DNA of 64,000 nucleotides from Planctomycetota bacterium (GCA_002684655.1 NYVR01000022.1:30175-94174); one strand, 5' to 3'. Shown: positions 25,104-35,158, counted from the stretch's first letter. Notes: generated by a model from the sequence alone, not told the origin. Numbers and translations: made by a program.

Positions 25104-27599
25104 ATGGACGACTTCTTGCGATGGTTGGCGCAGTGGCGCGGGGTCACCGTCGAAGACGGCGCGGAACTGCAGTTCGAGTTCGCCGGTTTCCCGACCGGCG
25201 GCCTCGGCATGCTCGTGCTGATGGGCATGGCCGCTGCGGTCGTCATGGTCTGCTTCATCTATCGCCGTGACGGGCAGAGTCTCAAGATCTGGCAACGGCT
25301 ATTGCTCGGGTCGCTGCGCGCCCTGGCCGTGCTCGCGGTGATCTTGCTGTTGCTGGAGCCGAACATCGTGACCGTCGAACGTGAGGTGCGCGAAGGGCAC
25401 ACGATCTTGTTAGTGGACACGTCGCAGTCGATGAACCACGCGGACGCGTGGCGTCGCGACGAGGTCCAGGACGCCGTGGCTGGCTGGGCAGAGTTCGGCG
25501 TCGAAGACCCCGCGTCCGGGACCCGCCTCGATCTCGTGAAGGCGCTGCTCGGCACAGACGGTCAGGCGTTTGTCCGGAAGCTTGGCGCCAAGAACCGCGC
25601 GCAGCTCTTCGGCTTCGACGGCGCCATCCACGATCTGCCGGTGGTGACACCGGAGCAGGCGTCTGAGGTTGGCGATGAACGACCGCCGGGCGATGGCGCA
25701 GGCTTGGCGCGGCCGAACCTCCTGGAGCTCGATGACTTGGTCGCCGACGGTCGCTCAAGCAACCTTGGAGACGCGCTGCGCACCGCGCTCGACAAGAGCC
25801 GGTCTGCGGAGGTCGCTGCTGTCGTGTTCGTCACCGACGGCCGCCGGACAGCGGGGCCGCAGGGCGCCGAGATCGCGCGGCTGCTCGAACAGCGTAAGGT
25901 CCCCCACACGTTCGTGCTGGGTGTCGGGGATCCGTCGGAGACCCAGACAGTCACGCTGGCGCGTTTAGAGGCGCCAGCCAAGGTCTTCCAGCGCGACCCC
26001 TACGAGCTGCAGGCGACGATCACCTCACAGGGCTACGACAGCGTCACAGTGACCGCGAGGCTTGTTCGCGTCGACGCGCAGGGCAACGAGGAGGTCGTCA
26101 ATACCCAGCAGGTGCAGATCGACGAGCGCCAGCAGGCGACGGTCGAGTGGAAGGGCCTGTCGAGCGATGCGCCTGGTCGTTTCGTCTACCGCGCCGAGGT
26201 CGTGCCGCCTGGCGGCGAACCGCCGGCTAAAGATCGTCACTACCAGACCGCAGCCGTCGAAGTGCTAGGTGAGCGTCTGCGCTTGCTCTTGCTCGCTGGC
26301 GGTTCGAGCCACGAGTTTCAGATCTTGCGCACCTTGTTCATCCGCGACAAGACGATCGACGTGAGCTGTTGGCTGCAGAGCGCCGACGAGACGTTCCCGC
26401 AGGATGGTGACGAGGGCGCGCGCATCCAGCGGCTGCCCCAGCGGCGCGCTGAGCTGGACCCTTACGACGTGGTCGTCATGATCGACCCCGACCCGCGCAA
26501 GCTGTCGCGCGAGTTCTGCGAGCGGCTCGCTGCGCACGTAACGGAGAGCGGCTGCGGGCTCTGGTGGGTCGCCGGTGAGCAGCACACCCTTGACGCGCTG
26601 CGTCCGAACGCGACCACACAGCCGATCGCGGACCTGTTGCCGATCCTTCCGGACGTCGAGTTCGCCGAGCGCAAGATGCTGGGCCTCGGCAAGGCCTTCC
26701 CGCGGCCGTGGCGTTATCGGCTGACATCTGATGGCGTTGACGGCGTCGGCGCGAAGGTGATGCGCCTCGACGACGACAAGGACACCAGCAAGCTGATCTG
26801 GGATCGCATCCCGGGCTTCCACTTCTGGTTCCCTGTCGCAGGGATCAAGCCAGTCGCGACCTCGCTCGCCGGCCACCCGAGTCCAGATTTCCGCATCGGC
26901 GGTGACGACATGCCGGTGATCGCGATCCAGAAAATCGGCGCCGGGCGGGTGCTCTTCGTTGGGACGGATGAGACCTATCGTTGGCGCTCGCTGTACGAGG
27001 ACGCCTACAACCGATTCTGGGTCAACGGCGTACGTCACCTGTTCGAAGGTCGTCTCCAGGCAGGCAATAGCCGCTTGCGGCTGCTGACCAGCGACGACAA
27101 GGTCGAACTAGGCGACGCTGTTGAGCTGGTCGCAGAGGTTAAAGATCAGGCCATGCAGCCGCTGATCGCAAACGCGTACGCCGTCCAGATCGAGCGCGAG
27201 GGAGAGGCCTCTGAGTCGGTCGACCTCCTGCCCGTCGAGGCTGCGCCGGGGAGCTTTGCACTGCGTTACAGGCCGACGCAGCTAGGCACCTACCGCGTGC
27301 GTCCCGCCGTGAAGGGCGGCAAGAGCGTAGAGGTCTCGTTCCAGGTCGCGCCGTCCTCGATCGAATCGCAAGGGCCAATGGATCGCAGCGAGCTCGCGGC
27401 GATTGCCGGCGCGAGCGGCGGCGTCATGTTCGATTCGCCCGCAGCGCTGATGGCGGCGCTAGACGACGTCCCGTCACGTTCGGCTACGGACACGTTCCGT
27501 ACGCCACACGCCGTCTGGGACGGCTGGCCTACTATCGCGCTCGTGCTGGCGCTGCTGTCCATCGAGTGGCTCCTGCGTAAGCGCTTCAACCTCCTATGA
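25104..27599 (+). CDS. Membrane VWA-domain protein
   Basis: N-terminal TM segments, MIDAS motif ILLVDTSQSMN, VVFVTDGRRT, and a C-terminal TM segment WPTIALVLALLSIEWLL. Confidence 0.7.
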   Translation: MDDFLRWLAQWRGVTVEDGAELQFEFAGFPTGGLGMLVLMGMAAAVVMVCFIYRRDGQSLKIWQRLLLGSLRALAVLAVILLLLEPNIVTVEREVREGHTILLVDTSQSMNHADAWRRDEVQDAVAGWAEFGVEDPASGTRLDLVKALLGTDGQAFVRKLGAKNRAQLFGFDGAIHDLPVVTPEQASEVGDERPPGDGAGLARPNLLELDDLVADGRSSNLGDALRTALDKSRSAEVAAVVFVTDGRRTAGPQGAEIARLLEQRKVPHTFVLGVGDPSETQTVTLARLEAPAKVFQRDPYELQATITSQGYDSVTVTARLVRVDAQGNEEVVNTQQVQIDERQQATVEWKGLSSDAPGRFVYRAEVVPPGGEPPAKDRHYQTAAVEVLGERLRLLLLAGGSSHEFQILRTLFIRDKTIDVSCWLQSADETFPQDGDEGARIQRLPQRRAELDPYDVVVMIDPDPRKLSREFCERLAAHVTESGCGLWWVAGEQHTLDALRPNATTQPIADLLPILPDVEFAERKMLGLGKAFPRPWRYRLTSDGVDGVGAKVMRLDDDKDTSKLIWDRIPGFHFWFPVAGIKPVATSLAGHPSPDFRIGGDDMPVIAIQKIGAGRVLFVGTDETYRWRSLYEDAYNRFWVNGVRHLFEGRLQAGNSRLRLLTSDDKVELGDAVELVAEVKDQAMQPLIANAYAVQIEREGEASESVDLLPVEAAPGSFALRYRPTQLGTYRVRPAVKGGKSVEVSFQVAPSSIESQGPMDRSELAAIAGASGGVMFDSPAALMAALDDVPSRSATDTFRTPHAVWDGWPTIALVLALLSIEWLLRKRFNLL

Positions 27600-29845
27600 A
27601 ACCCACGACGACTCGAGAGTCGTCGGCGCCCCCGCCGACCCCAACGCCGCTCGGCAACGCGTTGCAGGCGGCGCGCGAGCGACTGCATCAGCAGCGCAAG
27701 CGCGTCCGGATCGGGCTGTGGGTTGAGACCGTCGGCGTTGCGGCGTTGATGATGGTTGCATACGCCGCCTCGACGATGTTGGCGGATCGTTTCCTGCGGT
27801 TGGAGTGGTCGTTCCGCGCGGTCTTGCTCGCGTGCCTGGCAGCTCTCCTTGGGCGAGTTGTTGTGCGGCGTCTGTTGCGACCGATGACGGTGCAGTTGAG
27901 CGATGAGGAGCTCGCGCTCGCCGTCGAGCGGTCGTGTCCACATCTTGAGCAGCAGTTGATTAGCTCGCTGCAGTTCGACCGAGAGCTCGCCGAGGGGCAA
28001 GAGGACTCGTCGGTAGATTCGCGGGCGCTAAAGGCCGCCGTCGTCCAGGAATTGCGCGACAGCTTGCAGACGGTGCCGTTCGCTCAGGCCGTCGACACCA
28101 TGCGGGTGCAGCGGTTCTCGGGCGGCGTCTTCGTGATGATCGCCTTTTTCTCGGCGTGGGCGAGCGTCGATGGGGTCTCGCTCGGTATCTGGGCCGCGCG
28201 TAACGTCGCCCTGACTGACACCGACTGGCCGCGTCATACGAAGCTTTCGTTTGTCGGCGGCGCGTCTGAGGTGCGGTTACCGCAGGGCGACGCGCTGACG
28301 GTGCGCGTCCGCGCCGAAGGAGCCGCGCCCGATCAGGCGTATTTAGACTATGCCTTCGCCGACGGTGACGTGGGCGTCGAGCCGATGAGCCTTACCGGTG
28401 ACGGCGAGTTCACATGGACCATCGACTCAGTGGTCGGTGATCTGGACCTGAGCGTGCAAGGCGGCGATTCGCTGCCGATCGATCTGCAGGTCCGCGTCGT
28501 CGAGCGACCGGCGGTCGGGGACCTGTCCATTCGCGTGCGACTCCCTGACTACATGCAGCGTGACCCGTTCGATGTCCCGCGCTCAGAGGGGGAGCTCCGC
28601 TTGCCAGCGGGCGCGGCGTTGTCGATAACGGGGCGCAGCAGCAAGCCGTTGCAGCAGGCTTTCGTGCTCTTCGGCGGCGAACGCAAGGTCATGCTAGACC
28701 TCGCCGACGACCAGCGCGCTTTTGAGGGGATCGTCTCGCCTACGGAGAGCGGCCTGATGGTCGTAGACGTGATCGATCGAGACAGCCTCGGAGCGGGCGC
28801 GCCGCCTAAGTTGCTGCTGCAAATCAGCGAGGACGAAGCGCCGATCGTCGATTTTCGTCTGCGTGGTATCGGCTCTTCGATCACCTATGCGGCGCGGATA
28901 CCCGGCGCGCTGCGCGTTCGCGACGACTTCGGGTTACGCGCGGTCGCGGCACAGATGCGCGTTCAAGACGGCAGCACGACCGCTGGCGGCGACGAGCCGT
29001 CGACAACCACGTGGACCGACGCGGAGCCGCTCTACGACGATCAGCTGCAGCGCAGCGCGCTGCGATACCAAGCCGAAGCGAGCGTCGATCTCTTGACCTG
29101 GAACAAGGTGCGAGATCAGAACGCGTCCGGGAACCTCATTCGACCTGGCATGGTGTTCTCGCTGCGCTACTCGGCGACCGACAACTTCGGCCCGGGTGAC
29201 CCCCACCGCGGCTATGGCGAGACGATGGCGTTTCGCGTCGTCCCGCGCGACCAGCTGATCGAGGAGCTGCGACGTCGCCAGGTTGAGCAGCGCGCGGAGC
29301 TGCAACAGATCGCGGACCGCGAGGCGGCGGCTGCGCTTGAGCTCCGCGAAACCGTCAACCCTGACGAAGCGGGCGACCGACAGCCACAGGCGGCCGCGAG
29401 GTTTCGCGTCTTCGCGCGTCGGCAGCAAGCGCTCGGTCGGCGCGCGCGCTTCGTCGGCGAGGCCTACCAGCGCATCCTCTGGGAGCTCGAGAACAACCGC
29501 CTCATCGAGGAGAACAAGGTTCGTCAGATCGAGGCGGTCATCACGGCGCCGCTGGAGCAGCTGGCAAAGGAGGCATTCCCCGCGACCGCGAGGCTCGTCA
29601 GTGACTTCGCACGGTCCCCCGAAGAATCCATAAGATCATCAGCTATAGATGGTTACCGCGATATTGGCCGCCGCCTTGCCGAGATCATCAAGGCGATGGA
29701 GCAGGCCGAGACCCTGGCCGCCCTACTCGAAGAACTGCGGAATGTGATTAACCTGGAGACGGACGCGATCTCCGACGTTCGGCGGCGGATCAGGAATCGT
29801 GAGGACAGCCTGTTCAAGCCCAAGAAGAAGCGCAAGAAGAACTGA
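27596..29845 (+). CDS. Hypothetical membrane protein, DUF4175-like by recollection
   Basis: ATGA start/stop overlap with the upstream gene. Two N-terminal TM segments, a long beta-rich middle region, and a helical C-terminus ending in KKKRKKN. Confidence 0.6.
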   Translation: MKPTTTRESSAPPPTPTPLGNALQAARERLHQQRKRVRIGLWVETVGVAALMMVAYAASTMLADRFLRLEWSFRAVLLACLAALLGRVVVRRLLRPMTVQLSDEELALAVERSCPHLEQQLISSLQFDRELAEGQEDSSVDSRALKAAVVQELRDSLQTVPFAQAVDTMRVQRFSGGVFVMIAFFSAWASVDGVSLGIWAARNVALTDTDWPRHTKLSFVGGASEVRLPQGDALTVRVRAEGAAPDQAYLDYAFADGDVGVEPMSLTGDGEFTWTIDSVVGDLDLSVQGGDSLPIDLQVRVVERPAVGDLSIRVRLPDYMQRDPFDVPRSEGELRLPAGAALSITGRSSKPLQQAFVLFGGERKVMLDLADDQRAFEGIVSPTESGLMVVDVIDRDSLGAGAPPKLLLQISEDEAPIVDFRLRGIGSSITYAARIPGALRVRDDFGLRAVAAQMRVQDGSTTAGGDEPSTTTWTDAEPLYDDQLQRSALRYQAEASVDLLTWNKVRDQNASGNLIRPGMVFSLRYSATDNFGPGDPHRGYGETMAFRVVPRDQLIEELRRRQVEQRAELQQIADREAAAALELRETVNPDEAGDRQPQAAARFRVFARRQQALGRRARFVGEAYQRILWELENNRLIEENKVRQIEAVITAPLEQLAKEAFPATARLVSDFARSPEESIRSSAIDGYRDIGRRLAEIIKAMEQAETLAALLEELRNVINLETDAISDVRRRIRNREDSLFKPKKKRKKN

Positions 29846-29903
29846 TTGTCCGCGCTGCCTACGCTGCCTCGGACCCTCGCTCAAGGTCACCGTTGAACTG
29901 CTC

Positions 29904-31550
29904 ATGACATCACGCTGTATCGCCACGTTGGCGGCTGTGCTCCTGGTCACGACGACGCCTTTGTCGTCGCAGCAGGGCTCGCCGACTGCCGCCCAAAGCA
30001 AGCAGGAGCTCGCCGAGGGCAAGTTCAAGCAGTTGACGGACCGCATGCAGAAGATGATGGTCGTCCTGCAGAAGGACGAGCCCGAAGAGAGCAAGCTGCT
30101 GGGCGTGGGTCTGCGTTTTGTCCAAGAGAAGAGGCTGCATCGTCGGCTCGAGTCCGCTGGCGCGATGTTGCGGCAGGAGCGCTGGGACGAGTCCCTAGTC
30201 TTGATGGGCAAGCTCCGCGAAGACCTCCGGTCTCTGCTAGCGTTGCTGCAGAACCGCGACGGGGACCTGCGCAAGCTGCTCGCGCGTATCGATCAGTTGG
30301 AGGGATTTAGGGATCGGGTCGACCAGCTCGCCTCAGAGCAGCAGCAGGCAAAAGAGGATTCCGCGCGCGCTGAGGCGCTCAAACGACACCTTGAGGACAT
30401 CGAGGCCCAGCGACGCCGCGCCGGAGACCTGCTGAATCAGCAGCAGGCCCTGCGAGACGAGACCAACCAGTTGCCGCGCGACACCGCCGCGGGGGCGACG
30501 ACTCCGTTGGCGAAGAAGGAGGGCGAGCTCCAGGCAGCAGCCGTGGAACTCAGCAAGGACCTGCGCGATCTCGACAAGCAGGACGCCGCCCTCAAAGCAG
30601 ACGCGAAAGCGGTCAGCAAACCGGACGATGCGAAGCCCGCTGGAGGCGCGTCGAGCAGCGCTGACGCATCGCGCGGTAAGTCGAGCGACAGCGCCGGCCA
30701 AGCGTCGGCGTCGATGGGCAAGGCTGAGGAGCAGCTCGGCGCTCAGCAAGCCGAGGCTGCGCTAAAAGACCAGGACGAAGCGATCGCCGCGCTCGATCAG
30801 ACGATGAAGCAGCTCGACGCCATGGCCGCGGCGGCCCGACGCGAGCTCATGAAGCTCTCTTTCGACCAGCTCGCGGAGCGACAAGGCCAGACCGAGCAAG
30901 CGACCGACGCGCTCGCTAAGGATATGGAGCAGGCTGAGCAGTCGGACCAGGGCGGCGAAGGCGAGCCCACACCCGGTAAGAGCAAGGTCCAACAGGCCGT
31001 CCCAAAGCAGCGCGCTGCGGCAGGAAAGCTCAAAGAGATGAAGCCGGCTAAACAAAAGCAGCAAGACGCGAAAGACGACCTAGAGGCCGCGAAAGAGGCG
31101 CTGGAGGGAGCGCTCACGCAGCTGCGGGAGCAGCTGCAGGACGAAGCGCTGCGTGCGCTCGAAGAGCGCTTCACGGCGATGTTGGCACGTCAACGTGAGC
31201 TCACGCTCATGACCGCGACGGTCGACGCCTCGCGTCGGAACATCCTCACCGCCGATGGTGGGCTGCCTGCAGCGCTGATCGGAAAGATCGACGCCATCGC
31301 CCAGGGCGAGAGCGAGTTAGAGCTCGAGACGGTCGAAGCGCTCAAGCTCCTCGACGAAGACGGGACGACGGCGGTTTTTCCGCCGATGGTCGAACAGCTT
31401 CGTGATGACCTGAGAGATCTCGTTCGTGTCCTGCGCGCGCGCCAGACCGGCGTCGAGACCAATCGGGCGCAAAGAGACGTCGAGGACCTCCTTGAGCTCT
31501 TGATCAACGCGCTGCGTCGCACGATCGAGAAGAAGGAAGGCGGGGGTTGA
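29904..31550 (+). CDS. Secreted coiled-coil, low-complexity protein
   Basis: ATG at 29904 gives MTSRCIATLAAVLLVTTTPLSSQQ, a signal peptide. The rest is a long Glu/Lys/Ala/Gln/Leu-rich heptad-like sequence. It ends at a TGA that is in frame with the next ORF. Confidence 0.6.
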   Translation: MTSRCIATLAAVLLVTTTPLSSQQGSPTAAQSKQELAEGKFKQLTDRMQKMMVVLQKDEPEESKLLGVGLRFVQEKRLHRRLESAGAMLRQERWDESLVLMGKLREDLRSLLALLQNRDGDLRKLLARIDQLEGFRDRVDQLASEQQQAKEDSARAEALKRHLEDIEAQRRRAGDLLNQQQALRDETNQLPRDTAAGATTPLAKKEGELQAAAVELSKDLRDLDKQDAALKADAKAVSKPDDAKPAGGASSSADASRGKSSDSAGQASASMGKAEEQLGAQQAEAALKDQDEAIAALDQTMKQLDAMAAAARRELMKLSFDQLAERQGQTEQATDALAKDMEQAEQSDQGGEGEPTPGKSKVQQAVPKQRAAAGKLKEMKPAKQKQQDAKDDLEAAKEALEGALTQLREQLQDEALRALEERFTAMLARQRELTLMTATVDASRRNILTADGGLPAALIGKIDAIAQGESELELETVEALKLLDEDGTTAVFPPMVEQLRDDLRDLVRVLRARQTGVETNRAQRDVEDLLELLINALRRTIEKKEGGG

Positions 31551-31583
31551 ACAGGTTGCGGAGACGGCAAGAAGCCGCCGCTC

Positions 31584-31793
31584 GTGCCCGTGTCGGCAGA
31601 GCTCAAGATGTTGAAGTTCCTTCAAGAACGCGTGAACAAAGAGACCAAGCAGGTCGAGGCGCTCGGCGCTGCGAGTAAAGCGCAGCAGGGCGACTACGAT
31701 CAGGTGTCGCGTAAGCAGTCGCGCGTAAAGTCGCTGATGCGTCGTCTCGCCGAGAAGCTAGGCGAGCAAGACGCAGGCGAGGAGGGCAAGTGA
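31584..31793 (+). CDS. Small ORF in the same frame as the preceding gene; it may be its detached C-terminus
   Basis: Same reading frame as 29904..31550, separated only by TGA (31548-31550) and 11 open codons. The sequence is AELKMLKFLQERVNKETKQVEAL... Confidence 0.4.
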   Translation: MPVSAELKMLKFLQERVNKETKQVEALGAASKAQQGDYDQVSRKQSRVKSLMRRLAEKLGEQDAGEEGK

Positions 31794-32845
31794 TGCAGTG
31801 GCCCCCAGCAGTCGCGGTCCTCGTGACGGCGGTGATGGCCTCCGGGCTTCGGGGCCAGGTGCAAATACCGGGCGACGGCGTGCTGCCCGAGGCGCACTTG
31901 CCGAAGGTGACGCCCGTCCCGGCGCAGAGCCCGTTCAAGCCGTTGGATCTGACCGCGTTCCAGCTCGCCGTGCGGGCGCTCGGCGGCACGGCGCTACAGG
32001 TCAAGACGTTCGCCGAAGAGGCTGTCGAAGTCGGCCCCGCTCGGGCCGGCGACGGCTTGCTTCGCATGGTGTTGCCTAGTTTCGACGTGGCGGTGACGGC
32101 CGCCGAGGGCGGGGACCCGAACGCCGCGCTGCTGCTCGCGAAGGTCTTGGTCGACGCCGAGTCGAAGGTGGTTCAAGCGCACGCCCGCTACCACCTCGCG
32201 CGTGTGTTCCTCGATAGCGACGACCCTGAGCGCGCGCTCAAGGTGCTGGATGACTACTTGGCGCAGACCCTTAACGTGTCGCCGCTCGACAGCGAGGTGG
32301 CGTATCTCTACGCGCAGTCACTCGCGGAGATCCCGATGATCGACGCGGCCATTCCGCGGTTCCGCGCCTTCCTGGCGTGGTTCCCTGACGCGAGCGAGCG
32401 GCTGCGGTCAACCGCTCACCAGCGGATCCTGGAGCTTGAGCGTCAGCGTGAGAGCCGTCTTCACATGCTCGCGGACGGAATGAAGAAGACCACCCGCGAC
32501 CTTCAGAAGCGCAAGACTGACAAGCCGGTTCAAAGAGACCAGGAGACCTACATCGAAGAGCTCGACTATCTCATTGAGATGTTCAAGGAGATGGAGAACC
32601 AGTCGTCGGGCGCCCCCTCAGGCAACGGTCCCTCAAGCAATCCAGCTTCGAACAGCTCCTTGGCCAAAGGCGACGGCAGCGTCGGCGAGCTCAAGAAGCG
32701 ACCTTCACTGGCGGATCGGTGGGGCCCGATGCGCGACAGTGAGCGCAAGAAGATCATGGCCGACGTGCAGAGCACGATGCCGCCCCAGTACCGAAAGATG
32801 CTGGAGGATTACTACAAGAAGCTCGGTAAGGCTGACCGCAAGTGA
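31793..32845 (+). CDS. Secreted hypothetical protein, helical/TPR-like
   Basis: GTG at 31790 or ATG at 31793 overlaps the upstream TGA. The N-terminus MQWPPAVAVLVTAVMASGL is hydrophobic. The central region is helical-repeat-like. The C-terminus is YYKKLGKADRK. Confidence 0.6.
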   Translation: MQWPPAVAVLVTAVMASGLRGQVQIPGDGVLPEAHLPKVTPVPAQSPFKPLDLTAFQLAVRALGGTALQVKTFAEEAVEVGPARAGDGLLRMVLPSFDVAVTAAEGGDPNAALLLAKVLVDAESKVVQAHARYHLARVFLDSDDPERALKVLDDYLAQTLNVSPLDSEVAYLYAQSLAEIPMIDAAIPRFRAFLAWFPDASERLRSTAHQRILELERQRESRLHMLADGMKKTTRDLQKRKTDKPVQRDQETYIEELDYLIEMFKEMENQSSGAPSGNGPSSNPASNSSLAKGDGSVGELKKRPSLADRWGPMRDSERKKIMADVQSTMPPQYRKMLEDYYKKLGKADRK

Positions 32846-34056
32846 GCAGGTTGTCCATCGTTGGTCCTGTCTTCGTGGCGCTGCTCAGTGCGGCGGTTAC
32901 AGCGCAAGCAGAAGGCGAGGTCCAAACGATCGACGGGCGGGCGTTCCAAGGTAGCTTTGTCGTCGCAGCTAACGGTGAAGTGACCGTTCGCGGCGAGTCG
33001 GGGGACACGGTGATCGGGATCGAAGAGCTCGTCTCGTTCGTCCCTGAGGGGGTCAGGGCGCGCAACGTACGCACGGAACACCGCGTTTGGCTTCGCTCCG
33101 GCGTCGACCTACCGGCAAGGAGGCTTTCAGGCCGCGGACCTGCTGACGGCGAGCCCTCGACGCTGCTCGTCGGTCTCCCGTGCGGCGCATCCATCGAGCT
33201 GCCGTTGAGCGCGGTGCGCGCGATTCGGCACGGCGGGCTCTCGCGGCCGCAGCCGGCGTTGTTCGAGCGCGACCTCCTCGAGCCGCCTGCTAACGAAGAC
33301 GTGATCTACGCGATCGGTGGCGGCAAGTCTCAGCGCTCGCTGGTAAAGCTCACCGCCGTTCGGGAGCGATCGATCGATTTCGTCCTGCGCGGCGATGAAT
33401 ACGAGTTTGGCTTAGACGGGCTCGCAGGCGTGGTCTTTGGCGAGAACACGGGCTTCGCGCCTGACCGCCAAGCGAGCCCTCGCACGAGCGTGATTTTGAC
33501 CACGGGGGAGAAGCTCGAAGGCAAGTTGTTAGAGGTGGGCGAGCGCGTGCGCTGCCGCCTCGACGAAGGCTGCGTGCTCGACGTCCCCGTGAGTTCTCTG
33601 CGTGAGCTGCGGGTCTCAAGCGACAAGCTGGTGTGGCTGAACGACCTCGAACCACGCGTCGAGCAAACACCCGCGTTCGATCGCGTCTGGCCTTGGCATA
33701 ACAACAGGTCTGTCGCGGGTCCGGGTTTCCTGCTCGGCGGGCACCGTTATGAGCGCGGCGTCGGTCTCGTCCCGCGCGCTCGCCTGACCTACGTGATCGC
33801 AGGTCGCTTCGACGTCTTCGAGGCCGTGATCGGCATCGACGACCGGGGCGGCCCAGCGGCGCACGCGATCTTCCGGGTCTACGTCGATGACAAACAAATG
33901 TTTGAGTCCAAGCCAAAGGTGCTCGGTGGCGCGCCGTCGAAGGTCCGCGTCGAGCTGAATCGGGCGAAGACCCTCTCCATTGAGGTCGACTTCGGCAAGA
34001 ACTACGACCTCGGCGATTTCTGCGCGTTCGCCGACGCGCGTCTCCTCCAGAAGTAG
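32842..34056 (+). CDS. Secreted protein with a C-terminal NPCBM-like (GH98-associated carbohydrate-binding) domain
   Basis: GTGA start/stop overlap. Signal peptide LSIVGPVFVALLSAAVTAQA. The C-terminus LNDLEP...WPWHNNRSVAG..LLGGHRYERGVGLVPRARLTY...FEAVIGIDD...FRVYVDD....LSIEVDFG...DLGDFCAFADARL fits the NPCBM pattern. Confidence 0.7.
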   Translation: MSRLSIVGPVFVALLSAAVTAQAEGEVQTIDGRAFQGSFVVAANGEVTVRGESGDTVIGIEELVSFVPEGVRARNVRTEHRVWLRSGVDLPARRLSGRGPADGEPSTLLVGLPCGASIELPLSAVRAIRHGGLSRPQPALFERDLLEPPANEDVIYAIGGGKSQRSLVKLTAVRERSIDFVLRGDEYEFGLDGLAGVVFGENTGFAPDRQASPRTSVILTTGEKLEGKLLEVGERVRCRLDEGCVLDVPVSSLRELRVSSDKLVWLNDLEPRVEQTPAFDRVWPWHNNRSVAGPGFLLGGHRYERGVGLVPRARLTYVIAGRFDVFEAVIGIDDRGGPAAHAIFRVYVDDKQMFESKPKVLGGAPSKVRVELNRAKTLSIEVDFGKNYDLGDFCAFADARLLQK

Positions 34057-34224
34057 TCCGTCGCCGACGCGCTCGCTCCACTTTGTCGGGTGTGATGCTG
34101 TGCGTCGGCTGGGCGCATGCCGCTAGGTAGCCGCGGCCGAGCTCTGCGAGGCTGTCATGGCCGTGGCGCGCGCGTAGTCGCCCCGGCAGGAGGTCAAAAG
34201 GTCGCTCAGCGCGACGGCGAGCGG

Positions 34225-34797
34225 CTACCAGATTGGGATGGGGAGCCAGAGCAGGTGCAGCGTGCTCTGGCTCTCGTCGCTTGTGAACCCGAGCAGGCCG
34301 CGGAGGAATCTCGCGCTGCGGCGGCTCTCGACCCCGGGAGATTCGCCAGAGTGCTCGTAGTCGAAGACGATTCCCCAGCCGACGCCGTATGAACCTCGCC
34401 ACTGGACCAGCGCGCCGTCGACGTCCCAGGTCCCCTCCTGAATATTGTAGATCGCAGCGCCCAGCGCGACGGCCCCGCCGCTGCGGTGCTCGTAGCCGCT
34501 GATCGCGGCGCTGGCCGTCTCCTCACTCACGGCGACTTCGCCCCTATGTAGCGAGTTGGAGATGTCGTAGCGGAGCAGGCCCAGCGGCGCGAACCCGAAC
34601 GGCAGCCCGGTCAACTGGCCCTCGATGGACGCGGTGTTCTCGGAGGATGTCGCTTCGGCGGCCTGCTGCAGGTGGTGTAGGTCTAGGCCGCTTAGATGTT
34701 GACGCGTGGTAATTTCTCGCGCGTCTCCGACTTTGCATGACGCCAGGATTAGGGCCAATGAACAGCGCAGCGTTTTCAGCGACCGTCTCGGCTTCAC
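34225..34797 (-). CDS. Lipoprotein, hypothetical
   Basis: The start is proposed at GTG 34797, giving (M)KPRRSLKTLRCSLALILASC, a good lipoprotein signal. The upstream part of the listed 248-aa ORF is Cys/Arg-rich and implausible as coding. Confidence 0.6.
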   Translation of the reverse strand: MKPRRSLKTLRCSLALILASCKVGDAREITTRQHLSGLDLHHLQQAAEATSSENTASIEGQLTGLPFGFAPLGLLRYDISNSLHRGEVAVSEETASAAISGYEHRSGGAVALGAAIYNIQEGTWDVDGALVQWRGSYGVGWGIVFDYEHSGESPGVESRRSARFLRGLLGFTSDESQSTLHLLWLPIPIW

Positions 34798-35158
34798 GGA
34801 CGTCCGCTCAGTCGGCGCCGTGCATCGTGTTTTCGCGGCGACGGTCTCGGACGGACAGCAGCGGCATTTCGAGCGGCAAATGTGCATGATCAAGTTGTAT
34901 GGGACGGTTGCTACGAGCGAGGCAGGAGAGCAACTGCGAAATGGCGACGCCAGCGCGGTTTCCGTATTCACGTTGCATCGCTGCGAAGAAAACGTCGATG
35001 TCTTTGGCCACTACGCCGCGCGGCGGTGACGGAGCCGGACTTGTTACGTCTCACCACGATGATCGCCGCCACGGGACCTACGTGGCCTGCCGCATGACGT
35101 CGCGATTCATCTACCAGTATCATCGCGCCCTGCGACCGGGAGCGGAGGAGTTGTCGGT

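Noticed and set aside
31548-31550. Selenocysteine decoding of the in-frame TGA (X-T-G-C context).
   Set aside because: There is no convincing SECIS-like stem-loop with the expected geometry, no sel genes in the window, and the host protein is a low-complexity coiled-coil rather than a redox enzyme. I kept this only as a minor alternative in the finding on the split gene.
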